64,000 nucleotides of DNA. It comes from Hormiphora californensis (Eukaryota; Animalia; Ctenophora). Every line of letters starts with the position of its first letter. Within the stretch, counting starts at the first letter, position 1. Position numbers and translations under genes: made by a program. The stretch spans positions 1 through 64,000 of the forward strand of contig CM035352.1 of NCBI GenBank assembly GCA_020137815.1, written 5' to 3'. The notes under the pieces were generated by a model that was not told the origin of the DNA, did not search any database, and was given only the letters and a program-made list of their open reading frames with translations. Shown here piece by piece: positions 1-10,739 of this stretch.

Positions 1-82
1 AGCTACATTTGCAAAACGTGATTTCATTTGCAATAATGCCTACGAGCAGTTTGCCTACCCTCCACCTCAGGGTGTAGGCAGT

Positions 83-180
83 ATTGCATTGCAGTTGACA
101 ACTCGCTAAGGATATCTCGATTCGGTATATATATTTACCGAATCGAGATATTCTTAGCGAGGTGTCAACTGCAATGCAAT
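83..180. repeat. ~98-bp near-perfect palindrome (mini fold-back)
   Basis: ATTGCATTGCAGTTGACA...TCGATTCGGTA / TACCGAATCGAG...TGTCAACTGCAATGCAAT arms around a TA-rich loop. Confidence 0.85.
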
Positions 181-206
181 CTTTCATTCTCTTTTCTATC
201 AATATA

Positions 207-750
207 TCACTGCGCTGGCAAGCGCAAAGGTTGCCATTCCCCCCCCCCAAAAAGCGCTGCCAGAAACGCAGTTATACGTTTTATGGGTGTTTGGCTGAAA
301 AACCGGATTTCAGAAGGCTATAGCGTCGCCCCCTTTCATCCGATTGACTTCAAATTTGGAATGTACACCCGGCTTGGGGTCTTTTACTTAAGTTTAAAAT
401 TTCAAGTCTCTATCTCATCTGGAACTGAAGTTACAGATAGGTCCCATTTGCCTTAGATTCAGTGTAACGGACACGCGCGCGCGCGCGTACGCGCATAGGA
501 GAGACGCTTTTTCTGAGCACGGTTCTGAACAAATTTTGACGTTTTCGCGGAGATTTTAACAATCTGAGAGCGTCCGAACTCCGAACTCCGAACAAAAGTC
601 CAAAAAAGCACAATTGGAAAAATTCGTTATAATTTTAAGTTCAAGTCATTCTCAAGCCTTTCTCATCAAAAGCGCGTTTTATGTTTTGCGCGTGATGAGA
701 GTTCGCGCGTGATGAGAGTTCGCGCGATCTTCTCTACTATGAAAGTGCTG
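207..750 (+). mobile_element. Helitron/Helentron-like non-autonomous element, 5' part (3' end uncertain)
   Basis: Starts A|TCACTGCGCTGGCAAGCGCAAAGG, the same 5' end as the element at 51254 and similar to 27759; contains a CCGATTGACTTCAAATTTGG-type motif. Confidence 0.4.
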
Positions 751-895
751 CGCCTGGCCGTTTAGCTCTGGCAGTGAAGTTTGAGAGCGGACACCATCTC
801 TCACATCTCGTGATCGTCCATTATGTGCGATCGATTCTCAATACTCATACCACGACTACTAGAATTTGATATTTGTTGTTGAGTCTCTTATGAAC

Positions 896-936
896 TTTCA
901 AACTTTTCAACACTACTTTAAACAAATTAATTTGAG
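896..936 (+). other. Spliced-leader-like 41-mer at the LINE 5' end
   Basis: TTTCAAACTTTTCAACACTACTTTAAACAAATTAATTTGAG; exact reverse-complement copy at 33799-33839; matches my recollection of the ctenophore (Pleurobrachia) SL exon; followed by TTTCAG, not a GT donor. Confidence 0.75.
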
Positions 937-973
937 TTTCAGCCAAATGTCTGCCTGACCACCCCGGAAGACG

Positions 974-2191
974 ATGCCGGATATGTCAAACGAGATACTA
1001 GCGAAACAGAAAGCAGTGCTGTCGGAGCTATGTGATGACCCCGATTGTAGTGACGAGGTGAAACGGATCGTGAAGGCCTACAGTCCTACAGCTAAAAGGT
1101 ACCAGACCAATCTCAAGGCACTTGATCGTTTTACGGACATTGTTTTGGAGGAGGCTGCGCTTTTCTTTGGGGGGAAACCCCGTACTGATGACGGAAAGGA
1201 AAAACGGTACCGGGACAAAGCCAGTCTCATCGACTGGTTGATAATGGCTATTGAAAGTCTATTTCCGCAATTTTGTGAGGCATGCGAGAAAGACTATGTG
1301 ATCAAAAGGTGTGAGAAATCCAGGTTCAATTGTGGAAGTTGTGGGGCAGGGAGCCATAATTGCACCCTAATCCAGGAGCAACCGCTGTGCTCTATTCCAG
1401 GTTTCAAGTGGATTTGTCACATGTGTTGCAAGAAACACACACTGGAAAAGTTTGTGGGTTCCAGTGGGGAGTTTGCAAGCCCTCCCAAGAGTGCAGCAAG
1501 TGAGGCTTCGGATGACGCCCTAAGGAGGAGGTTTAGCTTCATGTCAGAGGTTGGAGACACCAAACCAGAACACCAGCAGAAGCCACCCGGTCAGAAATTC
1601 AACAGTGTGGAGGAGGCTGATGAGGGCAAGAAGAAAGACGATGATAAGCCGATCCCGGTGTGCCAACACTACCTACAAAATCGGTGCAAGTACGGCCGCT
1701 ACGGAACGAAGAAGATCGACGGAGTTTCATGCCAGAAGTCACATCCCCCAATGTGCCGGAGATACTGCGCCCATGGGTCCATGAAGAAATACGGCTGTCA
1801 GCTGGGGAAAGAGTGTCGATACTACCATCCACCTATCTGCCGCTCTTCCCAGTTCAGGCACGAATGCCTAAAGAAGGACTGTCGTTTTCAGCATCTCAAG
1901 AACACCCGACGAGTTGCAGTGGACGAGACTCTAAATCTCAATCGGAACGGAACCCTGTCTTTTGGTGTCGGAAGGGCTGAGACGAACTATGCTAGGGATA
2001 CGGAGATACCACGATCCCAAAATCCGAGTGGTAGCTCCAATGACACCCGTGAACCACCCCGATTTGATGAGGATTCTTTTTTAGAGAGACTGTTCGGGAG
2101 AATGGAAGTGAGAATGAAACAGATGCTAGACAAGAGGTTCGAGAGTATAGAGACGATACGCCCGACTCTAAGTCAATGGAGAGATCGTTAG
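974..2191 (+). CDS. LINE ORF1: PHD-like finger plus three CCCH-type zinc fingers
   Basis: CEAC...CGSC...HNC...WICHMC (PHD-like); CQHYLQNRC...CQKSHP, CRRYC...C...CRYYHP, CRSS...C....CRFQH. Confidence 0.85.
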   Translation: MPDMSNEILAKQKAVLSELCDDPDCSDEVKRIVKAYSPTAKRYQTNLKALDRFTDIVLEEAALFFGGKPRTDDGKEKRYRDKASLIDWLIMAIESLFPQFCEACEKDYVIKRCEKSRFNCGSCGAGSHNCTLIQEQPLCSIPGFKWICHMCCKKHTLEKFVGSSGEFASPPKSAASEASDDALRRRFSFMSEVGDTKPEHQQKPPGQKFNSVEEADEGKKKDDDKPIPVCQHYLQNRCKYGRYGTKKIDGVSCQKSHPPMCRRYCAHGSMKKYGCQLGKECRYYHPPICRSSQFRHECLKKDCRFQHLKNTRRVAVDETLNLNRNGTLSFGVGRAETNYARDTEIPRSQNPSGSSNDTREPPRFDEDSFLERLFGRMEVRMKQMLDKRFESIETIRPTLSQWRDR

Positions 2192-5151
2192 GGACTGTTT
2201 CTACTACGAGTAACATATTACTGCTTAATGCAAGGAGTCTAAGTCCGGCAGGTGATACGTGCTGGAAACTCGGTCTTATTAGAGATTATATAAGAAATGA
2301 GAAAACTCCTACAGTAGCCATTGCAGTTACTGAAACCTGGTTTAAAGGGTATCACTCAGATGCCCAGGTTGAGATACCGGGATATAATGTTTTTAGGAGT
2401 GACAGAGTGAGTAGAGTCGGTGGAGGCTGTGCTCTGTATGTTCACTCGTCGCTGGCTGTTTCTGATAGTACATGTTTTGCTAGTGCGTTTAACAATATGA
2501 AAGCTGTCTATGTTGGCCAGATTAACACCATATTTGCTGCTGTTTATCGTTCAGAGTCGAGTGTTTTGGACTTTCAGAGACTAATGAACACCTTACAGAC
2601 ATTTATCGATAAGTACAGTGAGAGCGGGTTACCAGAAGTGGTATTATCGGGTGATTTTAATCTCCCACTCTTTAATTGGGTTGACGGGTCATCAGTCCCA
2701 GTTGATCAGCCTAACTACAATGTTGTATCGGACTTTATGGACACTAATTTTCTATCCCAGGTTGTAGAGGGCCCTACCAGGGGCAACAATACGTTAGATC
2801 TCGTGTTCACCAACAGACCGGACTACTTCAGCGATATTTCCATTACAGATGAGGGTGTATCAGATCATCTGTGGGTATCATGTCACCTTACCTTCAACCC
2901 TCTCGGTCCAGTAAGTCTATTTCTGCCTGGCAAACTGGAAGGTTATCGGCAACTGGATCTCCATTCAGCGGACTTTGTGAGTATTGATGCTGACCTTGCA
3001 GCTACTGATTGGGACAAACTGCTTGTTGAGTGTGAGGATCTGGGTGATGAGGATGGCTCATTGTTTGTGGAAGCTGTTCGAGATAGAGTGTTCAAGGTGG
3101 TTAAGTCACATTGCCGAGTGAAGAAAATGCGAAAGGACTTTGTAGACAAGGAGCTCAGGCATTTGACTAGCAGGAGGCGTAAACTTGATAAACGTAAGAA
3201 CGATTCAGTAAAGTGGAAGTCGGTGATGGATTGTTTAATTGGGAAAATCAAATCCCATCTGATATCAAGGGACAAGAAAGTGGAGAGGAAGGCTGTGGGT
3301 GCTATCAAGGTGAACCCCAAGTACTTTTATACTCACGTTAAAAAGAACTCCAAGGTTAAATCATCAGTTGCCCCCCTTGAGCGTGCGGATGGTTCCTTAA
3401 CTGTGGACCCCCTGGAGAAGGCTAACCTACTACAACACCAGTTTGCTAGCGTCTTCAGCAATCCGGCGGCTATTGATCCCTCTGTGGCAGCGGGTAACAT
3501 TGAGGACCTTGGTGAGATCCTGACGACCATGGATTTTTCACGGAATTGTATCCAGAGTGCACTAGAGGAGCTTAAACCCTTTTCGGCCTCACCTCCGGGC
3601 TGCATTCCTTCGTGCATTCTGAAACGATGTAACAGCAGCTTGTCTTATCCTATATGGATGTTATGGAACAAGTCATTTGAAGATGGGGCTGTTCCAAATT
3701 GTTTAAAGCAGCAGTTCATAACACCGATCTTTAAGAAAGGGTCGAAGTCTACGACGGCAAATTATCGCCCTGTGTCGATCACCAGTCACCTATCGAAGGT
3801 GTTTGAGCGGCTAGTCAGAAAGAGAATAGCTGATTATTTGGATGAGATGCAGTTACAGAGTGAAACGCAACACGGTTTTCGAAAGGGACGTAGTACTATG
3901 TCCCAACTGTTATCTCATGTTGACTACATCCTAACTGAACTCTGTGGAGATAGAGAAGTTGATGTTCTCTATTTAGACTTTTCTAAAGCTTTTGATTCGG
4001 TGGATATCAATGTGTTGCTAGCTAAGTTGAAAAGGTACGGGATTGGGGGAAAACTTCATCAGTGGATCAGTGCGTGGATCCTGGGCAGGCAGCAGTGTGT
4101 GATGGTGGATGGGGTTAGGTCACCATGGGTGGAGGTGCTCAGCGGGGTGGCGCAGGGTAGTGTCCTGGGCCCTCTCCTCTTCCTTATTTATATACTGGAC
4201 CTGGAATCTGTACTGGATGGTAGTATGTGTCTCACCTTTGCGGATGATACCAAGTTAATGAAAGCCATAACAGATATTGTTGATCAGGAGGGTTTACAAT
4301 CGGATCTTTTGAAGGTTACAGAATGGGCTAAGATAAACAATATGGTGCTACATGACCAGAAATTTCAACTCCTGAGTTACAGACTGAACAAGTCGGCAAT
4401 CTACAAGGAATTCCCTTTTTCAGTTGACATATGTTCGTATACCACAAAATCTGGAGTACAACTGTTTCCTGAAGCTGATGTCCGTGACTTGGGTGTCCAG
4501 ATGTCCTCGGATGGTTCTTGGTCTAAGCACATTGCCACCATTGTGAGAAGAGCCTCTCTCCTATCTGGGTGGATTTTCAGTGTTTTTCGAGATCGTTCAC
4601 CAGAGGTAATGTTGCAACTCTTCAAATCACTGGTCAGACCAATTTTGGAGTATTGTTGTCTGGTCTGGGATCCGTCAAAGTCTGGGGACATCAAGTCAAT
4701 TGAGAACGTCCAACGGTGTTTTACTAGAAGACTTGATGGAATGCAGAATCTCGACTATTGGGAGAGATTAAAAGTTCTCAACCTGATGTCTCTTCAACGT
4801 AGGAGACAACGTTACATGTTGATACATGTGTGGAAGACGATCCATGGGTTTGTTCCGAATTCTGCAAATCTTGTGTTCCAACACAGTGCAAGGCTGGGTA
4901 TGAGGTTAGTCCCACCAGTGTTTCCTTATCGGGCTGAGACCTGGAGAGCGAATCAGTACCATTCTTCCTTCGGACCGAGAGCTGCTCACCTGTGGAACAG
5001 GTTGCCAGCAGTCGTTAACTCTTGCGGAAGCTTAGGTCAATTCAAATCATCCCTGGGCAATTACTTGACAGGCTTTTATGACCGTCCCCCTGTCAGAGGC
5101 TATCCATCACTTCCCAATGATATTTCCCCTCAATGTGCTGTAAATGTCTGA
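2176..5151 (+). CDS. LINE ORF2: AP endonuclease plus reverse transcriptase
   Basis: LLNARSL, VTETW, SGDFN, LDLVFTN, SDH (APE); NYRPVSIT, QHGFRKGRST, YLDFSKAFD, QGSVLGPLLF, FADD (RT); overlaps ORF1 by 16 nt. Confidence 0.97.
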   Translation: MERSLGTVSTTSNILLLNARSLSPAGDTCWKLGLIRDYIRNEKTPTVAIAVTETWFKGYHSDAQVEIPGYNVFRSDRVSRVGGGCALYVHSSLAVSDSTCFASAFNNMKAVYVGQINTIFAAVYRSESSVLDFQRLMNTLQTFIDKYSESGLPEVVLSGDFNLPLFNWVDGSSVPVDQPNYNVVSDFMDTNFLSQVVEGPTRGNNTLDLVFTNRPDYFSDISITDEGVSDHLWVSCHLTFNPLGPVSLFLPGKLEGYRQLDLHSADFVSIDADLAATDWDKLLVECEDLGDEDGSLFVEAVRDRVFKVVKSHCRVKKMRKDFVDKELRHLTSRRRKLDKRKNDSVKWKSVMDCLIGKIKSHLISRDKKVERKAVGAIKVNPKYFYTHVKKNSKVKSSVAPLERADGSLTVDPLEKANLLQHQFASVFSNPAAIDPSVAAGNIEDLGEILTTMDFSRNCIQSALEELKPFSASPPGCIPSCILKRCNSSLSYPIWMLWNKSFEDGAVPNCLKQQFITPIFKKGSKSTTANYRPVSITSHLSKVFERLVRKRIADYLDEMQLQSETQHGFRKGRSTMSQLLSHVDYILTELCGDREVDVLYLDFSKAFDSVDINVLLAKLKRYGIGGKLHQWISAWILGRQQCVMVDGVRSPWVEVLSGVAQGSVLGPLLFLIYILDLESVLDGSMCLTFADDTKLMKAITDIVDQEGLQSDLLKVTEWAKINNMVLHDQKFQLLSYRLNKSAIYKEFPFSVDICSYTTKSGVQLFPEADVRDLGVQMSSDGSWSKHIATIVRRASLLSGWIFSVFRDRSPEVMLQLFKSLVRPILEYCCLVWDPSKSGDIKSIENVQRCFTRRLDGMQNLDYWERLKVLNLMSLQRRRQRYMLIHVWKTIHGFVPNSANLVFQHSARLGMRLVPPVFPYRAETWRANQYHSSFGPRAAHLWNRLPAVVNSCGSLGQFKSSLGNYLTGFYDRPPVRGYPSLPNDISPQCAVNV

Positions 5152-5310
5152 GAGTGGCTGAGAGGTGATACGTGTTTAATTTATTTAGGTGGACCCACTA
5201 AGGGAAGGCCTGTTGTGTACACTAAAACTTTTATTGTAAACTTGTAAACTTGTAAACTTGTAATGAAATTGTGATATTTGACAGAAAAAAAAGATTGATA
5301 TAAACTAACT

Positions 5311-7461
5311 TCACTTGAGCCTAATATTTCTCTCCTTAGTAGCGAAATGATCTACAAGGGATTCTGTACTCAAGCGATCTGTTCTGTCAGCCTCGATCTC
5401 CAATAGAGCAAGATGGCAGAGCCGCTTATCCAACATATTGGTGCGGAGCCGAGATTTGATACGTTTCAATGCAGAGAATGACCTCTCACACGAGACACTG
5501 GTTAGTGGAATTGTCAATATCAATTTGATGAGTTTCGTCAGTTCTTTTAACTCAAAGCTGTCCATTTTCAACTGATAAATCTTTTGTATGATTTTAACTG
5601 GATCTTCCCCCAGCTCTGGAGAATCCCGGAAATACGTCAAGTCGGATAACAATCTACCCTCGTCAAAAAGATGCCCGTACGGTGAGGACATAAGGGCATC
5701 AACCAGCGGCTCGATGTTGGCCTTTCTGTCGAGCAGGTTCAAGAATGTCAGCTCACTGAGACTCTCAAATCGGTTTGACAGTTCTTCAGTCATTCCCCAC
5801 ACAACATTTGCCAACTCTTCCCGAGCATCGAAAGAGATATCGTCGGAAGATATCCCCTGAATCATCTCCTGGTACTTTTCGTCGGTGTCTAATGCAGCTA
5901 ACTTCTCCATTTGGGTCTCAACCAGTTTGTTAGCTGACGTTATGTTTAGCCCCACACTCTGTAATTGTGTGTATAGGACATCTGTGATCTGGAAACAGCG
6001 GTGCAAGAGCCTCTCCAGAAATTTGAAGTCTGCTGACTCCATGTGCCCGATGAATAGGGTCGCGGATGCCTGTGCCGATACATCCCAATTGCCATCCCTA
6101 ATTTCCCTGAAACAGCTGAGGTAAGCTTCCCGATTCTGGAGAAGGTGAGCCAGCTGTCTGGACTTGTGGTTCCACCGGGTGTTGGAGACTGCGGGTGGCC
6201 TGGAGCAAGTCAGCGCTGCAGTTCTTTTGAAACTAGTCCTGAAAAACTTGGAAATCTCATCCAACACTATCAGCAGTCTTGAACAATCAACTGACTGAAT
6301 GGACGCTTCCATTGCCAGGTTCAACCGATGTGAGAGGCAGTGTGTAAAAACTGCCATAGGACACTTGTCCCGGATTAGCTTCTGTACGCCATTTAACCAG
6401 CCGGACATGACACTAGCACCATCATAACTTTGACCTACCACATTAGCAATGTTGTATTCTGTCAGAAGATCAAGAATTTTCTGACTCAGCCCAGCAGCAC
6501 CCCCAGACTCTGAGATGTTGTAGAATCCTATGAAACTCTCCTTTAGCTCGCTTCCAGAAACATGTCGGAGAACTAACGAAAGCTGATTGTGTCCAGTTAA
6601 GTCAGTTGTTTCGTCTGCCAGAATAGAAAAGAAGGGAGCTTCCAAAACTCCAGATTTTATTTCTGCTAGGACAGCTTCTGCAGTTATCTTAATGAGCTCG
6701 TTCTGGATATCCCCAGAGGTTCCCTTAAACCCCATTGACCCAGAGACCTTAATCCTATCCTGGAGGGGACGCTCCGCCTCCATCAGCCTGAGAGTATCTC
6801 TGAAGCACCCCTGATTCACTGAATCATCCGTCTCTGTGTTTCCCCGAAATGCCAGCCCGTGTATTCCCAAATACTTCACAACTTTAAACAGTCGTGTGAC
6901 ATAGTCCCTATTTATCCTCACCTGCTCCTCGGACTCTTTCAACCCTACACTTGTAGAACCCACAATCGTTGTTGATTTTGAGGGGTCGATACGTTCCAAG
7001 AACAACTTCTCCATTCTGGAACAGTCCAAGTGAGTGTTGGACGATTCATGCCTTTTTAGGCCCATAGATATCCTCGAAAATTCCTTAAACCCGGAAGACG
7101 TCCAGGGAGGACACGTGCCCATCAACAGACAGGGCCAGCAATATAGGCCACCGTTGTGTGCGGTCAGCCAGCTCTTCTGGTCCAGGATGTTGTCTGAAAA
7201 AGAAAAGACAAATATTATGTCATTTAGGGAAATGAAAGGGTTAGGGACTCGTTGGTTTTTCATTTTTGTGTGGTCGAGAGTGAAGCAATGAATATAATTA
7301 TTGGATATCGACTAAGAAAATGTATTCTTACGTTTAGGGTCTGTTTTTGAATGTATGAGGGTTTTCTTATTGCCACTGAGAGTTTTGTATTCGTAACTAA
7401 ATGCTGGCTTGGGGCATCCAGCCGTCACAATGGCTCTTTTTTCAGGTATTTTGCGGTGCAT
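5311..7461 (-). CDS. hAT transposase (ZMYM1-like/DUF4371 plus hATC dimerisation domain), two exons 7461-7332 and 7193-5311
   Basis: LAFRG, LADETTD, SYDGASVMSG, HCLSHRLNL, TRW, SCERSFS motifs; GTAAGA...TTTTCAG intron 7331-7194 joins in frame (MHRKIPEKRAIVTAGCPKP...DPKH|NILDQKSWL). Confidence 0.9.
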
Positions 7462-7897
7462 GAATGGAATGTGTAATTGATTAAACCATCATTTATTTCT
7501 GCTCTGAATAATCGTGTCATATTCTACTATATAGGGCATATTCAAGATTTGGTGTGCGGACTCTAGTGCTACACTCTAAGTCTACAGTGGACTCTATATC
7601 TAAATTTAGATTTAGATAAAGAGTCCAAATAAGTCTAAACTCTAGGAGGACTCTATCTCTAAAAAGTCTAAACAGGGCGGACTCTTTATCTAAAAAGTCT
7701 ACAAAGAGCGGACTCTATATCTACATAAATCTAAATTAGACATAGAGTCCGCCATTCTCAGCGAACTCGAGATTTCGGCCGTTAGGCCGGAAACGAGAGT
7801 TTGCTGTACCTCTATACTAATTGAGAAGTGTTAGGGCCATTATTTGGGTTCGAGGTTAGGGTTAGGGTTATGGTTAGGGTTAGGTTTTGGGTTGGTT

Positions 7898-8369
7898 GGC
7901 TTTAGGACTGTAACTCACCTGGACAGTAACTCGAAAGTGAGTTATTGTCCGAAAATTGGCGTCGACTTTTTTTTTCTGGTGACTTTCTGTCCGCATTATT
8001 TTCGACTTTTTGCTAGGACAAAAAGTCGATAGCTAGGACAAAATCTCGAAATTTAAACTCACCTAGGTGAGTTATGCGGACACTAACTCGAATTTTGTTT
8101 CGAGTTGGTGGACAGAAACTCACTTGCTAAAACTACGAAAATGTCGAAAATTCTGGTGACATTTTCATTTTCCATGGCAGGTGAGTTTCTGTCCGGCCGA
8201 TGAAATAGGTTTCCAAACAAAATTTTTGAGTTTTTTTGTGCTAGCTATCATTATTACAAGAGAAACAAGTTGTGTGGTTGACATAAATACACTGTAAAAC
8301 CCATCTCCCATCCCTTTCTCTATCTCCCTTCATCTCTCTCTTTCCCTCTCTCTATCTCTACCTCCCTTC

Positions 8370-8446
<77 letters not shown>

Positions 8447-9835
8447 TCTCTCCATGCTGCTCTTCAGAAGCCTAGAAAATCCAAAATTCGTCAACAGAGA
8501 AGATGATGAGGAGTCATATCTGATGGAGTCATATTATAGGATCGGACTGGGCTCAGTAGAGAGAAGTCTTGAGTCGTAGTTGCATAGTGGGTATGGTGTC
8601 GATAAGGAGGAAGGATCCACAATCAGTTATAGGTCTCGCTGTGATAGATTGTCGAGGATAGGTGGGTAGCTATCTGCTATAGGCTGACTGGGAACATATT
8701 GGAGAGGAGACAAACCACTGCAAGTGATGAACAGCTCTCTTTGTCTCTCCATCTCTCTTCCTCTCTCTCTCTTTGTCTCTCCATCTCTCTTCCTCTCTCT
8801 TTCTCTTTGAACGGTGTGATAGATTGTCGAGTGAAGGATAGGTGAGTCACTGAGTAGGAGAGCAGCTGCAGCCTGCAGCTAGGCTGGTTGGAACAGATTG
8901 GAGAGGAGATATAGACCACTGCATGTGATGAACGATGAGATCCATGATGGGAATTAAGCCCGGGAGCTAGAGCGACAAAGAGAAGCAGAGCTCAACCAAT
9001 TAGTAGAGTCGATAACTACATCGACCTCTCCCAATTGTTCCAGTTTTTGTCACATCTGTTTGGAGCCTCGACACGACCTCTAAACAGGTGTTACTTTTTC
9101 ACAAACTGTTTTCATCTTGGTGTAATCAGCAGTTAAAATGTTGCTGATCATAACAAAAACCTGACTAAATTTTTTCAACTTGGGGTAAAACCATGGGTGT
9201 CAAAAGTTAGCTCTAGGTCCCCTGAGTAACCATCCGGAGACTCTAAGAGATATTTCAAGCCGTTCTCCCGTAATCATTAATCCCGGTGGAGAAAAAAATA
9301 CAATGCGGACGTACGTGAGCGCTGGCAGGCTGTTTACATGTTATTGTATGTCTCTCACTCCCTCTGGAAAAACCGCACGTGCGGTTGCGCCGCGCGAGAT
9401 AACTCTTTCTCAAGGGGGAGAAAAGAGAGAGACGCACATTAACGTTATACATTAAAGTTGAGGTTGTAGGCAATTGCACGTACGTCCATACTCAAATATG
9501 TGCTCTACCGGGATTAATGATTACAGGAGAACGGCTTGAAATATCTCTTGGAGTCTCCGGATGGTTACTCAGGGGACCTAGAGCTAACTTTTGACACCCA
9601 TGGTTTTACCCCAAGTTGAAAAAATTTAGTCAGGTTTTTGTATGATCAACAACATTTCAACTGCTGATTACACCAAGATGAAAACAGTTTGTAAAAAAGT
9701 AACACCTGTTTAGAGGTCGTGTCGAGGCTCCAAACTGATGTGACAAAAACTGGAACAATTGGGAGAGGTCGATGTAGTTATCGACTATACTAAATGTATG
9801 AGTGAACAACGAGAACTGAACTAGCCCGCCCTTTC

Positions 9836-9912
<77 letters not shown>

Positions 9913-10357
9913 AGGCTCTCTCTACAACTTTGCATCCCTCTCTCTGCCAACGACGCCGCCATGTCTTCCCGCCGTTTTCTCGCTGTACATGAAGTGAGTT
10001 TTAGTCCGGACAGAAAGTCACATATTTTCCCGCCCTTTCCCTGTCACTGTTGTTCCCCCTGTCTACTGAAAGTGAGTTGTAGTCCGAATTTGTGAGTTTA
10101 GAGGGCGGACAAAAAGTCGAATTTCGACATTTTTAGCGGACAGAAACTCACCTTCGCCCCCACAACTCGAACAGGTGAGTTAGTGTCCGCCCGGACTCTA
10201 ACTCACCGTAAATAGTACTAAACAGTGGGGCGGACAGAAAGTCACCTGATCCGGACTATAACTCACCTAAATTCGACATTTTCAAAAGTGAGTTATAGTC
10301 CGAAATTTTCGAGTTCGAGTTCGAGTTATCGTCCGTTCGAGTTTCTGTCCGGTACCC
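7898..10357. mobile_element. Merlin-like non-autonomous element (copy 1)
   Basis: Termini GGCTTTAGGACTGTAACTC / GAGTTTCTGTCCGGTACCC; 8-bp TSD GGTTGGTT; empty site visible in the 11588-12167 copy. Confidence 0.85.
9001..9792. mobile_element. Fold-back MITE, TAGTAGAGTCGATAAC TIR family (copy 1)
   Basis: ~290-bp TIRs; the empty site in the 12273-13872 copy (CCAATGTATG) implies a 3-bp AAT duplication. Confidence 0.85.
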
Positions 10358-10631
10358 GGTTGGTTTAGGATTTTAGACATACAGTCCGGGTTGGGGGATT
10401 TGGCGCCAAAATGTACTAGAGGACTCTATATCTAAAAAGTCTACACAGTGCGGACTCTATATCTAAAAAGTCTACACTGGGCGGACTCTTTATCTAAATT
10501 TTTTTCAAAGTCTAACTGTAGATAAAGAGTCCGCTTTTAGAGATAGATTCTGCCTTGAATTTAGATAAAGAGTCCGTTAGCACTAGAGTCCGCCCACCTC
10601 AACATTTCTAACTCAGTCTCTCTCTTTTTCT

Positions 10632-10739
<108 letters not shown>

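Larger units (their letters stand above)
895..5262 (+). mobile_element. Full-length, apparently intact CR1/L2-group LINE
   Basis: Two overlapping ORFs, (TTGTAAAC)n 3' tail at ~5234-5262, candidate 5-bp TSD ATGAA at 890-894 and 5263-5267. Confidence 0.9.
7551..10598. mobile_element. GGTGGGCGGACTCTAG-TIR MITE (copy 1) with nested insertions
   Basis: TIRs GGTGTGCGGACTCTAGTGCTA / TAGCACTAGAGTCCGCCCACC; 9-bp TSD TCAAGATTT/TCAACATTT (1 mismatch). Confidence 0.85.

Noticed and set aside
896-1010. SL RNA gene
   Set aside because: The SL-like exon is followed by TTTCAG (and by CCCGAT in the other copy), not a GT donor, and no Sm site is evident; both look like retro-copied trans-spliced RNAs.
7194-7263. 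ORF-track start of the hAT transposase (MKNQRVP...)
   Set aside because: Lies within the predicted intron.
7853-7890. True telomere
   Set aside because: Short, degenerate and internal to a repeated MITE.
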